Below are positions 10,440-18,239 of a stretch of DNA of 36,760 nt, in pieces. Source of the DNA: a virus (lineage: Duplodnaviria; Caudoviricetes); IMG/VR virus record IMGVR_UViG_3300017911_000379, positions 1 through 36,760 of that record, one strand, 5' to 3'. Made by a program: the position numbers and the translations under genes. Below the pieces are notes generated by a model, which saw only the letters and a program-made list of their open reading frames with translations, had not been told where the DNA came from and ran no database searches. The stretch's first letter is position 1. Each line of letters starts with the position of its first letter.

Positions 10440-11443
10440 ATGATGGCAGCATAGAAAGCGCCATAGCGAGTATGATACAACCTGAAGAGCCAGAACAGAT
10501 TGAAGAAGAAGTTTCTGAAGAGCCTGAAGAGGAGACTGAAGAAGCCACTCTGGAGCAAGATGAAGAAGGCGAAGAGGAAGTTGAGGACGAGCTCCCTGAT
10601 GAAGATGACGAAGAGTCAGACGAAGAATCAGATGAGGATGATGGAGAATCCGAAGAGGACGAAGAAGATACTGAGCAAGCTGAGTCACAGGCACAAACTT
10701 TCACCGTCAAAGTTGACGGCAAGACCGAGATTGTTACCCTAGATGACCTCAAGCGTGGATACAGTGGTCAACAGTACGTCCAAAAGGGTATGCAGGAAGC
10801 AGCTGCGGCTAGGAAACAAGCTGAAGAGGTTTACTCTGCCCTATTGCAAGAGCGACAGAATATTGCTCAGCTATACCAGCAGGCACAAGAAGGCACGTTG
10901 GCTACGCCACCTGTTGAACCAGCAAGAGAACTGTTTAACACAGACCCTATTGGCTACATGGACGCTAAGTTAAAGTACGATGAGCAGTTAGAGGCGTACA
11001 CTAAGCAGATGAAGCAAATGGAAAGTGTGACTAAGCAGCAAACTCAAGCTGAGGAAGCAGCGAAGCAAGCCTACCTGCAGCAAGAGATGGCTAATCTACA
11101 AAAGGTTATCCCTGACTTTGCAGACCAAGAAAAGGCTTCTGCTATCAAAGAGAAGATTCTAGTCTCAGGTACGCAAGTTTATGGATACGAGCCAGACGAG
11201 ATTGCGAACGTAATGGACCACCGTGCGATACGTGTATTGCATGACGCCATTAAGTATCAAGAGATTATGTCTGGTAAAAAGGCTGCCGAAGAAAAGGCTA
11301 AGCCTGCCAAGCGTAGAAAACGCCCTGTGAAAGCTGGTGCTAAGAAGAGTAATTCGAACGCTCAAGTACGTAAGAAGCAACGACAAAACTTATCCAAGTC
11401 AGGCTCCATTGAGGATGCTATGGCTTTAATTATGGAAACTTGA
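10418..11443 (+). CDS. Capsid scaffolding protein
   Basis: Very acidic N-terminus, FTVKVDGKTEIVTLDDLKRGYS motif, coiled coil, basic C-terminus, directly before the capsid gene. AAGGAG RBS. Confidence 0.8.
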   Translation: METTETLNDGSIESAIASMIQPEEPEQIEEEVSEEPEEETEEATLEQDEEGEEEVEDELPDEDDEESDEESDEDDGESEEDEEDTEQAESQAQTFTVKVDGKTEIVTLDDLKRGYSGQQYVQKGMQEAAAARKQAEEVYSALLQERQNIAQLYQQAQEGTLATPPVEPARELFNTDPIGYMDAKLKYDEQLEAYTKQMKQMESVTKQQTQAEEAAKQAYLQQEMANLQKVIPDFADQEKASAIKEKILVSGTQVYGYEPDEIANVMDHRAIRVLHDAIKYQEIMSGKKAAEEKAKPAKRRKRPVKAGAKKSNSNAQVRKKQRQNLSKSGSIEDAMALIMET

Positions 11444-11453
11444 GGACACTATT

Positions 11454-12395
11454 ATGGCACAAGTAGGAAACACTTTTGACACCTATGATTCAGTAGGTAT
11501 ACGCGAGGACTTATCTGATGTAATTCACAACATTACTCCAGATGAAACTCCTTTTTACTCAGCTTGTAAAAAAACTAAAGCTAAAAGCACTTTAGTTGAA
11601 TGGCAAACAGACACTTTGCGTAGCTCTGAAGTTAACGCGCACATTGAAGGTGATGAAACAACCTTTAATGCAGTTAGTGCAACAACTCGATTGAACAACC
11701 GCACGCAAATCTTCAAAAACGCAGTTGTTATTCCTGACACTGATGAAGGCGTAAACAAAGCTGGTCGTAAGCAAGAAATTGCATATCAAACACTAAAAAT
11801 TGCTCGTGAGCAAAAGTTAGATATTGAGAAAGCTCTTTTTGCTAACCAAGCAGCGGTAGTTGGTGACTCTACTACTAATGCGCGTAAACTAGCTGGTCTA
11901 GGTGCGTGGGTTAAGACAAACACTAACAAGGCTACTGATGGTGCTGATGGGGCTATCGGTGTAGCACGTACAGATGGTACTGACCGTAACTTTGCACAAA
12001 CTCAGTTTGACGATGTTATGCAGAAAATCTGGACTTCTGGTGGTAACCCTGACCGCGTTTATCTTTCACCTGTAAACATGAACGTTGCGCTAGATTTTGT
12101 TGGTAACAACAATCAGCGTTCAACTGTGCAAGCTGGTGACGAGACTGTTATTAAGTCGCTAGACGTTTACGTAACTCCGTGGGGTACTGTAGAGTTTGTA
12201 CCTAGCCGTGAGTGCCGTGGCGATGATGTATACATCCTACAGAATGATATGTGGGAAGTTGCTGTTCTACGTGGAACTAAAAACACTGAGATGGCTAAAA
12301 CTGGTGATGCTACTAAGCGTCAAGTAGTTACTGAGCTAACTTTGTGCGCGAAGAACGAAGCAGCTAGCGGTGGTGTGTTTGACACTAACGGTTAA
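11454..12395 (+). CDS. Major capsid protein (DUF5309 / SU10-like)
   Basis: GIREDLSDVIHNITPDETPF, EWQTDTL and NRTQIF motifs. GAGG RBS, followed by a terminator. Confidence 0.85.
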   Translation: MAQVGNTFDTYDSVGIREDLSDVIHNITPDETPFYSACKKTKAKSTLVEWQTDTLRSSEVNAHIEGDETTFNAVSATTRLNNRTQIFKNAVVIPDTDEGVNKAGRKQEIAYQTLKIAREQKLDIEKALFANQAAVVGDSTTNARKLAGLGAWVKTNTNKATDGADGAIGVARTDGTDRNFAQTQFDDVMQKIWTSGGNPDRVYLSPVNMNVALDFVGNNNQRSTVQAGDETVIKSLDVYVTPWGTVEFVPSRECRGDDVYILQNDMWEVAVLRGTKNTEMAKTGDATKRQVVTELTLCAKNEAASGGVFDTNG

Positions 12396-12416
12396 TTGTT
12401 AGTTTGTAGTACAATC

Positions 12417-12444
12417 AAGGGGTGGCTACGGCTGCCCCTTTTTT
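12417..12444 (+). terminator. Intrinsic terminator after the capsid gene
   Basis: aaggggtggc-tacg-gctgcccc followed by tttttt. Confidence 0.8.
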
Positions 12445-12456
12445 ATGGAGATTACA

Positions 12457-12753
12457 ATGGCTAAAGAGATTAAAGAAAAAGTACACTACGATAGTGATGG
12501 ACGTCACTTTACTGTAGAAAGACAGTTTGATGTTTCTGGTGACCTACATAGAGCTAGAGTGCTTAGAGACGCACAGGCAGGCACTAAAGGCGAAAACAGG
12601 CTAGTAGGCACAATACCTATGCACTTAGTTAATGAGTGGATGAAAGAGGCTGGTGTTAGCCCTAGTGACAACGCTGCGCGTGCAGAGATATTAAAGAAGA
12701 AGATATTGTCTGGCGAGTTTGATAAATTTAGAGTATGGAAGGGCACGTTTTGA
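12457..12753 (+). CDS. Conserved hypothetical phage protein
   Basis: GGAG RBS before ATG 12457. VGTIPMHLVNEWMKE...FRVWKGTF motif. Confidence 0.6.
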   Translation: MAKEIKEKVHYDSDGRHFTVERQFDVSGDLHRARVLRDAQAGTKGENRLVGTIPMHLVNEWMKEAGVSPSDNAARAEILKKKILSGEFDKFRVWKGTF

Positions 12754-13103
12754 GTTATAAATATTTTACACTTGATGAGTTTGACTGTCAGGAGACTGGC
12801 GAAAACGAAATGAAGCCTGAGTTTTTAGAAAAGCTAGATGAGCTTAGAGAGCGCTGTGGTTTTAGTTTTCGTATAACTAGCGGTTTTAGGTCTGTTAAAC
12901 ACTCTATAGAGGCGCGTAAGCCAAATGGTGGTGGTACCCATACCAAAGGTATAGCTGCAGACATATACGTCTCAAACGGTCAGCAGAAGGCTTCTATCAT
13001 ACGTCATGCTGTAGAGATGGGCTGCTTCAATGGAATGGGTCTAGCAAAGACATTCGTCCACGTAGATATACGTGAAGGCGAGCCAGTTATGTGGAGCTAC
13101 TAA
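12750..13103 (+). CDS. Peptidase M15-family endolysin
   Basis: YFTLDEFDC, ITSGFRS, HTKGIAADI and FVHVDIR zinc-peptidase motifs. Likely TTG start overlapping the previous stop. Confidence 0.85.
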   Translation: MSYKYFTLDEFDCQETGENEMKPEFLEKLDELRERCGFSFRITSGFRSVKHSIEARKPNGGGTHTKGIAADIYVSNGQQKASIIRHAVEMGCFNGMGLAKTFVHVDIREGEPVMWSY

Positions 13104-13249
13104 CGCTTCTTTTTAGCAGTCTTGGCAGCTTTCTTAAACGCCTTAGCAGTTGGTCTGCCTTTTGTGCCAGCTTTACGCATAGTCTCGCCAGAGCCAGCCT
13201 TGATGCGTTTACGTTTAGCGTGTATGTTAGCGTATAAACCTTTAGGCAT
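13100..13249 (-). CDS. Small basic protein, 49 aa (not in ORF track)
   Basis: Translated by hand: MPKGLYANIHAKRKRIKAGSGETMRKAGTKGRPTAKAFKKAAKTAKKKR. Start overlaps the upstream TAA. Confidence 0.75.
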   Translation of the reverse strand: MPKGLYANIHAKRKRIKAGSGETMRKAGTKGRPTAKAFKKAAKTAKKKR

Positions 13250-13359
13250 TACTTTTTCTTCCTATACGATACTTTTTTACCAGTTTTCTTAGCTGCTTTC
13301 TTAGCTGCTGCCATACCTTTCTTGGTATATGAATAATGTTTTCCGCCTACTTTTGGCAT
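13249..13359 (-). CDS. Small basic protein, 36 aa (not in ORF track)
   Basis: Translated by hand: MPKVGGKHYSYTKKGMAAAKKAAKKTGKKVSYRKKK. AGGAGA RBS. Confidence 0.75.
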   Translation of the reverse strand: MPKVGGKHYSYTKKGMAAAKKAAKKTGKKVSYRKKK

Positions 13360-13368
13360 ATCAGTCTC

Positions 13369-13647
13369 CTACCACTTGGATTTGTTTGCCCAATATGCTG
13401 CGGACATTTTACCTTTTGCAATGTTCTTAGCATGGCGAGCTTTGAATGATTTACGTCTTGCTTTCTCTGCTGCTGTCTTAGGATTCTTGCCAGCACCAGA
13501 AACACCTTGCTGTCCGTAGCGTATAGTCTTTACCTTGCCGCCCTCTTTAGCGACAACAACGTGTGATTTAGTAGGATGATTAGGTGTTCTTTTTGGCTTG
13601 TTGTAACCAGAAACACCTACCCTAGCTAATCTTGGGTCTTTAGCCAT
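13369..13647 (-). CDS. Basic conserved phage protein (DUF6321-like)
   Basis: KTIRYGQQG...RRKSFKARH...SAAYWA motif. GGAG RBS. Confidence 0.7.
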   Translation of the reverse strand: MAKDPRLARVGVSGYNKPKRTPNHPTKSHVVVAKEGGKVKTIRYGQQGVSGAGKNPKTAAEKARRKSFKARHAKNIAKGKMSAAYWANKSKW

Positions 13648-13656
13648 ATTCGCTCC

Positions 13657-13685
13657 AAAAAATTCCCTGCCCGAAAGCAGGGGAA
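13657..13685 (-). terminator. Intrinsic terminator of the leftward operon
   Basis: Minus strand: ccctgct-ttcg-ggcaggg, then aa and tttttt. Confidence 0.7.
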
Positions 13686-13698
13686 AGGGAGATTAAAA

Positions 13699-13929
13699 CT
13701 AGTGCATTTCAGGGTGCTCTAAGCGCAGCTGCTCTTCTGTAGGGGGTTCTTTCAGCTTAGTTATCTCAGCTTCCATCTCTTCCCAAAGAGCAATAATTTC
13801 TTCACGCGCATAGTTTTGTGCACCTTCATACACAGCCGATTGTAACACATTTATAAGTCTGTCCTTAATGTCATGTAGACCATGAGACTCGACTCTATCA
13901 AACATGATACCTAACGTACTGTCTTTCAT
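13699..13929 (-). CDS. Hypothetical protein
   Basis: GAGGT RBS, in the leftward operon. Confidence 0.6.
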   Translation of the reverse strand: MKDSTLGIMFDRVESHGLHDIKDRLINVLQSAVYEGAQNYAREEIIALWEEMEAEITKLKEPPTEEQLRLEHPEMH

Positions 13930-13937
13930 ACTACACC

Positions 13938-14327
13938 TCAGTTGTAACTGATTGGTTCATACTTCTCGTCAGCGTCCATTTTTTTCAATTCTTCGCGGTA
14001 ATGTTTTGATATCTCAGACCGCAGCTTTTTGTTAGTTGGCATTAGGACTTGCCATTTTTCCCTCAACATATCCATATGACCTTTGCCAAACTTGCTTTCT
14101 AGCCAAGAGGTAAACTCAGTTGGGTTTTCTGTAAACTTTCTATGACAGTAGTGGCACAAGCATATGGCATTATCTAAGGACCACCTAACAGACTTAGCTG
14201 CCCTGCCAAATATATGTGCACACTCCATCCTTCCATCTACCTTGCAGCAGTGCTCACAGACATGGTTAGCTTTCTTTCTAACCACATCACTAAACCACTT
14301 GTCAGCTGCATCACGTTTTATTGCCAT
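13938..14327 (-). CDS. ninG: NinG/Rap-like HNH endonuclease
   Basis: ADKWFSDVVR, CEHC, CAHIFGR, RWSLDNAICLCHYCH. Confidence 0.7.
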   Translation of the reverse strand: MAIKRDAADKWFSDVVRKKANHVCEHCCKVDGRMECAHIFGRAAKSVRWSLDNAICLCHYCHRKFTENPTEFTSWLESKFGKGHMDMLREKWQVLMPTNKKLRSEISKHYREELKKMDADEKYEPISYN

Positions 14328-14769
14328 TCATCTCTTCCTTAGATGGGAACGGTATATTTAATCCCAAATCAGTTGCCAGATGCCTAATTATAACATTTGC
14401 TACCTGTGTAACCTCATCACTTTTTAATGCAGTGGTAGAGCGACTTTTCTCAGGGTACATAGCTGTTTGTACCTCTAGCCATATAACGTCTTTTACGCGC
14501 TCCCACGTCCACGGCATACCTATTGCTTTAGACTTTTTTGTTTCCTTGTCACGCAGCAGGCTTTTAATCGTGTACTCATACCCTGCATCATTGCAGGCAT
14601 CAGCAATCATGCGGCAAAACTTATGTATAGCGTTATTCTGCTGCCCAGTACGCTGCTTACCTGTGGATAACTTTATAGTCAGGTACTTATTGTCTAAGTA
14701 CAAGTCATTGACTAAGCGCATCGCCTGACCATAGCTAGCGTCACTATTAACAATAATCTCTTTGTTCAT
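14311..14769 (-). CDS. ninB: NinB/Orf-like recombination protein
   Basis: KQRTGQQNNAIH and RSTTALKSDE motifs, next to the NinG-like gene. Start set at ATG 14769. Confidence 0.55.
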   Translation of the reverse strand: MNKEIIVNSDASYGQAMRLVNDLYLDNKYLTIKLSTGKQRTGQQNNAIHKFCRMIADACNDAGYEYTIKSLLRDKETKKSKAIGMPWTWERVKDVIWLEVQTAMYPEKSRSTTALKSDEVTQVANVIIRHLATDLGLNIPFPSKEEMNGNKT

Positions 14770-15050
14770 AACTTTTTCCTCAACCATTTCTGTGAAAGGA
14801 TATCTGCCCTAGTCTCTAATAGGTCCCAGATAGAGGCGCGCGTTGGCGCCTTTTTTACCCTGAGCAGCTGCCCACTAGGACGCAAATCCTCATCAGTGCA
14901 AACCTGCCTGCCAGACAGCCTTGTCACCATTGTGTTTCTTTTTAGCCCTACGTACTCAGCGTATTCCTCATAAGTGTAAGACTCACCGTTTTTAAAATAT
15001 CCATCTGTTCCAACAAACTCAATAAACTTCGTGTTTCTATGAGTTTCCAT
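14766..15050 (-). CDS. Hypothetical protein, possibly HTH DNA-binding
   Basis: YTYEEYAEYVGLKRNTMVTRL resembles a helix-turn-helix. Confidence 0.5.
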   Translation of the reverse strand: METHRNTKFIEFVGTDGYFKNGESYTYEEYAEYVGLKRNTMVTRLSGRQVCTDEDLRPSGQLLRVKKAPTRASIWDLLETRADILSQKWLRKKL

Positions 15051-15052
15051 TG

Positions 15053-15685
15053 TTACCCCTTATAAGCCCAAGACCTATCAGTAAGTTTCTCCATCACATC
15101 AGACTTTTTCAACGATTGCTTCTTGTTGAATCCATTAGTCTGCCAAGTACGAATACAAGCCTTCCAGTCTTTCATCTTATTCCTTCCAACCTTCCAGCCA
15201 TTAGATTCATAGTAAGCAAACCACCTGTCAGCATCTACATTGTAACCCTGTTGATTGATGTAATTAACGACATCATCACGCTGTGGCGGTATATTATTAG
15301 TTTTATTATTAACCTGTATTATTCCCTTAGAACTTTCTTTCGTGGGGGTAGGGAAATTATTTTCTAGGGGGGTAGGAAAATTTTTACTAGGGGTATCGCA
15401 ATTATTTTCTACTATGTAGATACGTCTCTCCTGTACCCTTTTCGTACCCTTCTCATAAATCTCTTCACGCTGTATGTAACCAGCATCTTCAAGCGCACCC
15501 AACCAATTAGTAATAGACCTATTTTTCACGTCATACAATTCAGCAAAGTGTGCATTAGTTGCCCAGCAGTAACCTCTCTCATTACATAACGCTGTTATTT
15601 CACCATACAACAACTTAGCGTTTGCTGGTATTCGATTGTCATACCTTACTGTGGCAGGTATGATTGCATAAAACCCCATGTGCAT
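15053..15685 (-). CDS. Phage replication initiator (N-terminal winged HTH, lambda O-like role)
   Basis: YAIIPATVRYD..AKLLYGEITALCNERGYCWATN and C-terminal YYESNGWKVGRNKMKDWKACIRTW, with internal repeats. Confidence 0.8.
   Translation of the reverse strand: MHMGFYAIIPATVRYDNRIPANAKLLYGEITALCNERGYCWATNAHFAELYDVKNRSITNWLGALEDAGYIQREEIYEKGTKRVQERRIYIVENNCDTPSKNFPTPLENNFPTPTKESSKGIIQVNNKTNNIPPQRDDVVNYINQQGYNVDADRWFAYYESNGWKVGRNKMKDWKACIRTWQTNGFNKKQSLKKSDVMEKLTDRSWAYKG
15345..15412. repeat. Three iteron-like direct repeats (probable replication origin)
   Basis: GGGGTAgggAAATTATTTTCTA, GGGGTAggAAAATTTTTACTA and GGGGTAtcgcAATTATTTTCTA at 15345, 15369 and 15390, beside an AT-rich tract at about 15291-15321. 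Confidence 0.65.
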
Positions 15686-15686
15686 T

Positions 15687-15890
15687 TTAAAACTCTCCTT
15701 CCTTCACAAACTCACTTAAAGTTAAGTTGAAGCCATGTGCTAACTTCAACATCGTATCCAGCTCACAATTATTATGCCGCATTAATCGACTTAAATGCGC
15801 TGGGTTAATTTCACAACGTGCAGCAACAACCTTCATAGTCAAATCATCGAAGGCAGCACGTCTCTTTATTGCTCGCTTTAGGTCAAACAT
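15687..15890 (-). CDS. XRE/Cro-like HTH regulator
   Basis: 67 aa, LTMKVVAARCEINPAHLSRLM...LKLAHGFNLTLSEFV. First gene of the leftward operon, GGAG RBS. Confidence 0.7.
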   Translation of the reverse strand: MFDLKRAIKRRAAFDDLTMKVVAARCEINPAHLSRLMRHNNCELDTMLKLAHGFNLTLSEFVKEGEF

Positions 15891-15959
15891 AATTACTCCT
15901 TGTTATAGAAGTGTCGATTATAATTCAGTAAATAATATAATACAACTTGTTAATTAATG

Positions 15960-15988
15960 TTTGCATCTGTCAATAACATCTGTATAAT
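15960..15988 (+). promoter_or_regulatory. Sigma70-type rightward early promoter
   Basis: TTGCAT-16 nt-TATAAT in the divergent AT-rich gap. Confidence 0.6.
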
Positions 15989-16021
15989 TTTAGTCTCACA
16001 CACAAGAAAGCGAGGTATGAT

Positions 16022-16204
16022 ATGAAGGACTTTAATGACTTGACGCCTTATGAGCAAGGCGAGTTTGACGCAGTGCACAACTACGAAGCTGCACTGAATC
16101 AGCCAAAAGAATATTACTGGGGCTATGGTGACCAGTATTCGCGAGAGCAAATTGAAACTGCACGCTGTGAGCAACAAATGCGTGACTGGGGGATAGAAGT
16201 ATGA
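16022..16204 (+). CDS. Hypothetical early protein
   Basis: GAGGT RBS, overlaps the next start (ATGA). Confidence 0.65.
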   Translation: MKDFNDLTPYEQGEFDAVHNYEAALNQPKEYYWGYGDQYSREQIETARCEQQMRDWGIEV

Positions 16205-16596
16205 GCTGGCAAGATATTCAAAAGGGGCTGCGTGCTCCATTCAAAGCTAATCAGCTGCGCTGGAGACAAGGGCGTGGTGGTATGCAGTTGGCGTACATTG
16301 ATGCGCGTGACGTAGCTAACCGTCTAGATGAGGTTGTAGGTATAGAAAACTGGCAGGACCGTTACGAAGAAGTGTCTGGTCGATTAATATGTTATTTGTC
16401 TATACGTGTAGATGGCGAGTGGATTACTAAATCTGATGGCGCAGGTGATACAAATATCGAAGGTGAGAAAGGTGGTATATCTGACGCACTCAAACGTGCA
16501 GCACAAAAGTTTGGCGTAGGTCGTTACTTGTACTACTTGCCAAAAAATGCCACTGCAAGCAACTTGCCACGGTGGGCTGTTCCAGATGTCGTATAG
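16201..16596 (+). CDS. Rad52/Sak-like single-strand annealing protein
   Basis: LAYIDARDVANRLDEVVGIENWQ...EKGGISDALKRAAQKFGVGRYLY. Confidence 0.85.
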   Translation: MSWQDIQKGLRAPFKANQLRWRQGRGGMQLAYIDARDVANRLDEVVGIENWQDRYEEVSGRLICYLSIRVDGEWITKSDGAGDTNIEGEKGGISDALKRAAQKFGVGRYLYYLPKNATASNLPRWAVPDVV

Positions 16597-17344
16597 AGCT
16601 GAGTCAGGTCACTGGTATGACCAAGAAGGCGCACCTGCCTACACAACTGTAGGTGCTAATGGTAAAGAGCGTAATACAACTTTGCGAGACGCACGGAAGC
16701 GTCACCTTGTACCTAGTGTAACAACTGTGTTGGGGGTGGCTGCTAAGCCTGCATTAGAAAACTGGAAGGTGGACCAAGCATTATTAGCTGCAGCAACTAT
16801 GCAGCAGAATGTAGGTGAACCAGTAGAGATATTTATGGCTAGAGCCAAGATGGAGTCAAAGCAGGTGGGCAAGAAGGCTGCCGAGCGAGGTACAGAGATA
16901 CACGCAGACATAGAGCGTGGCTTCCTCGGACAAGGCGTCTCAGAGGCTCATACAGCCGTTATAAATATACTGGACACATTGCACCCAGAAACTAAATGGA
17001 GCGCTGAGAAGTCATTTGCGTGCGATTTAGGTTATGGTGGTAAGATAGACCTGTGTAGTGATAATGGCATCTTTGTAGACTTCAAGACTAAGGATAATCT
17101 TGATGGCAAAGACCCGAAGAAATTAGTGTACGATGAGCACGGTATGCAGCTATCTGCGTATGCACAAGGCTTAGGCGTCACAGACCCAGTACGTGTATCT
17201 ATCTTTGTTGATAGGCAGAAGCCAGAGATTGCTCTGTACCACGTATGGGATAAAGAATCTCACAAGAAACACGCTGAGATGTTTAACGCGCTTCTAACGT
17301 ATTGGAAGCTATCTAAAAACTACAATCCGAGCGAGGATATATAA
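16586..17344 (+). CDS. PD-(D/E)XK exonuclease
   Basis: PSVTTVLG, RGTEIH, YGGKIDL, VDFKTK and QLSAYA motifs. Start set at ATG 16586. Confidence 0.8.
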   Translation: MSYRAESGHWYDQEGAPAYTTVGANGKERNTTLRDARKRHLVPSVTTVLGVAAKPALENWKVDQALLAAATMQQNVGEPVEIFMARAKMESKQVGKKAAERGTEIHADIERGFLGQGVSEAHTAVINILDTLHPETKWSAEKSFACDLGYGGKIDLCSDNGIFVDFKTKDNLDGKDPKKLVYDEHGMQLSAYAQGLGVTDPVRVSIFVDRQKPEIALYHVWDKESHKKHAEMFNALLTYWKLSKNYNPSEDI

Positions 17345-17730
17345 TGAGTATTAATTCAATGGTGTTTACAGGCAACTGCGGAGCTGATATGGAAATCCGC
17401 CATACCCCTAAAGGTGTTGCTATTGGAGCTGTAAACGTGGCAGTTACGTCAGGTTGGGGTGATAACAAAAAGACCACATGGGTGAAGTGTAAGATGTTTA
17501 AGGAGCGCGCAGAAAAGCTAGCGCCATACTTAACAAAAGGCACGCCTGTTACAATGTCTGGTGAGTTTGTTATGGAAGAGTGGACAGGCAAGGACGGTAA
17601 TGCACGTTCTATGGCAGTATGTATGGTTAACAATGTTCACTTTGCTAAGAAGCAAGAAAGCGCAGCTGCACCAGTACAGCAGCCGCAACAACAGAGCAGT
17701 AACTTTGCTGATGATGATATACCATTTTAG
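17344..17730 (+). CDS. ssb: Single-stranded DNA-binding protein
   Basis: OB-fold SSB signature and acidic C-terminal DDDIPF. Confidence 0.92.
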   Translation: MSINSMVFTGNCGADMEIRHTPKGVAIGAVNVAVTSGWGDNKKTTWVKCKMFKERAEKLAPYLTKGTPVTMSGEFVMEEWTGKDGNARSMAVCMVNNVHFAKKQESAAAPVQQPQQQSSNFADDDIPF

Positions 17731-17739
17731 GAGTACAAA

Positions 17740-17943
17740 ATGAAAAAAGATATTAAAGATGCATTAAAGGAAGCGCATGACGAAGCAGATGTAATAATAG
17801 GCTTTGAGGAAACAGCGGAAAGAATAAAGCGTTTCAAGAAAAAATTTAAGGCTTTCATTGATAAGCCGTGGCGTGAAGTAACACAAGGTGAAGCAATACT
17901 TGGTGGGGCACTGCTAGTATTGTTCATTATTGTAGCGCTTTAG
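17740..17943 (+). CDS. Small protein with a C-terminal transmembrane helix
   Basis: AGGAG RBS, ends AILGGALLVLFIIVAL. Confidence 0.65.
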   Translation: MKKDIKDALKEAHDEADVIIGFEETAERIKRFKKKFKAFIDKPWREVTQGEAILGGALLVLFIIVAL

Positions 17944-17954
17944 TTAACCCCTAG

Positions 17955-18017
17955 TGGTCAAGAGGACTCCTCTCCTCTATGTGCTGAGCTTGATGCACTC
18001 AGGACCAAAACGCATCA
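17955..18017 (+). ncRNA. Candidate structured RNA (three-way junction plus pseudoknot)
   Basis: Four complementary pairings in 63 intergenic nt: TGGTC/GACCA, AGAGGA/TCCTCT, CTGAG/CTCAG, and loop TGATGC with downstream GCATCA. Strand inferred from flanking genes. Confidence 0.5.
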
Positions 18018-18049
18018 TTACCTAAACACATATCTGTTATAAAAAAATA

Positions 18050-18082
18050 GCACTACTGACTAATTCATCGCACTACTATAAT
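18050..18082 (+). promoter_or_regulatory. -10 element with tandem GCACTACT boxes
   Basis: GCACTACT at 18050 and 18070 (20-bp period), the second running into TATAAT at 18077-18082. Confidence 0.45.
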
Positions 18083-18107
18083 CTCGCCTCAACTACTTGG
18101 GGTCGCG

Positions 18108-18215
18108 ATGAACTACATTATTTTATTCACTCTACTGTCGCTAACGCTGATAGCCATAGATGATTTGGCTGGGCGAAGGCAAACAGAAAGATACAAGATA
18201 GAAAGGGAGCATTAG
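18108..18215 (+). CDS. 35-aa hydrophobic peptide (not in ORF track)
   Basis: MNYIILFTLLSLTLIAIDDLAGRRQTERYKIEREH, with a GGGGT RBS-like site, an upstream TATAAT and an overlapping terminator. Confidence 0.5.
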   Translation: MNYIILFTLLSLTLIAIDDLAGRRQTERYKIEREH

Positions 18216-18226
18216 CTCCTTTTTTA
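18202..18226 (+). terminator. Intrinsic terminator
   Basis: aaagggagc-atta-gctcc followed by ttttttt. Confidence 0.75.
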
Positions 18227-18239
18227 TTGTCTAAAACAC

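Noticed and set aside
10293-10973. Ser-rich and other alternative-frame ORFs over the scaffold gene
   Set aside because: These are shadows of the Glu/Asp-rich scaffold codons and have no RBS. The same applies to most minus-strand ORFs over structural genes
12407-12415. Promoter TACAAT after the capsid gene
   Set aside because: It would initiate inside the terminator hairpin and has no -35 or extended TG, so it is too weak to call
15345-15412. CRISPR-like mini-array
   Set aside because: Repeats are imperfect, adjacent, without spacers and inside a coding sequence. No cas genes are present
17955-18017. HDV-like/theta or hammerhead ribozyme, or a tRNA
   Set aside because: Lacks the HDV P1.1/P4 arrangement, the CUGANGA/GAAA core, and the tRNA T-loop and cloverleaf
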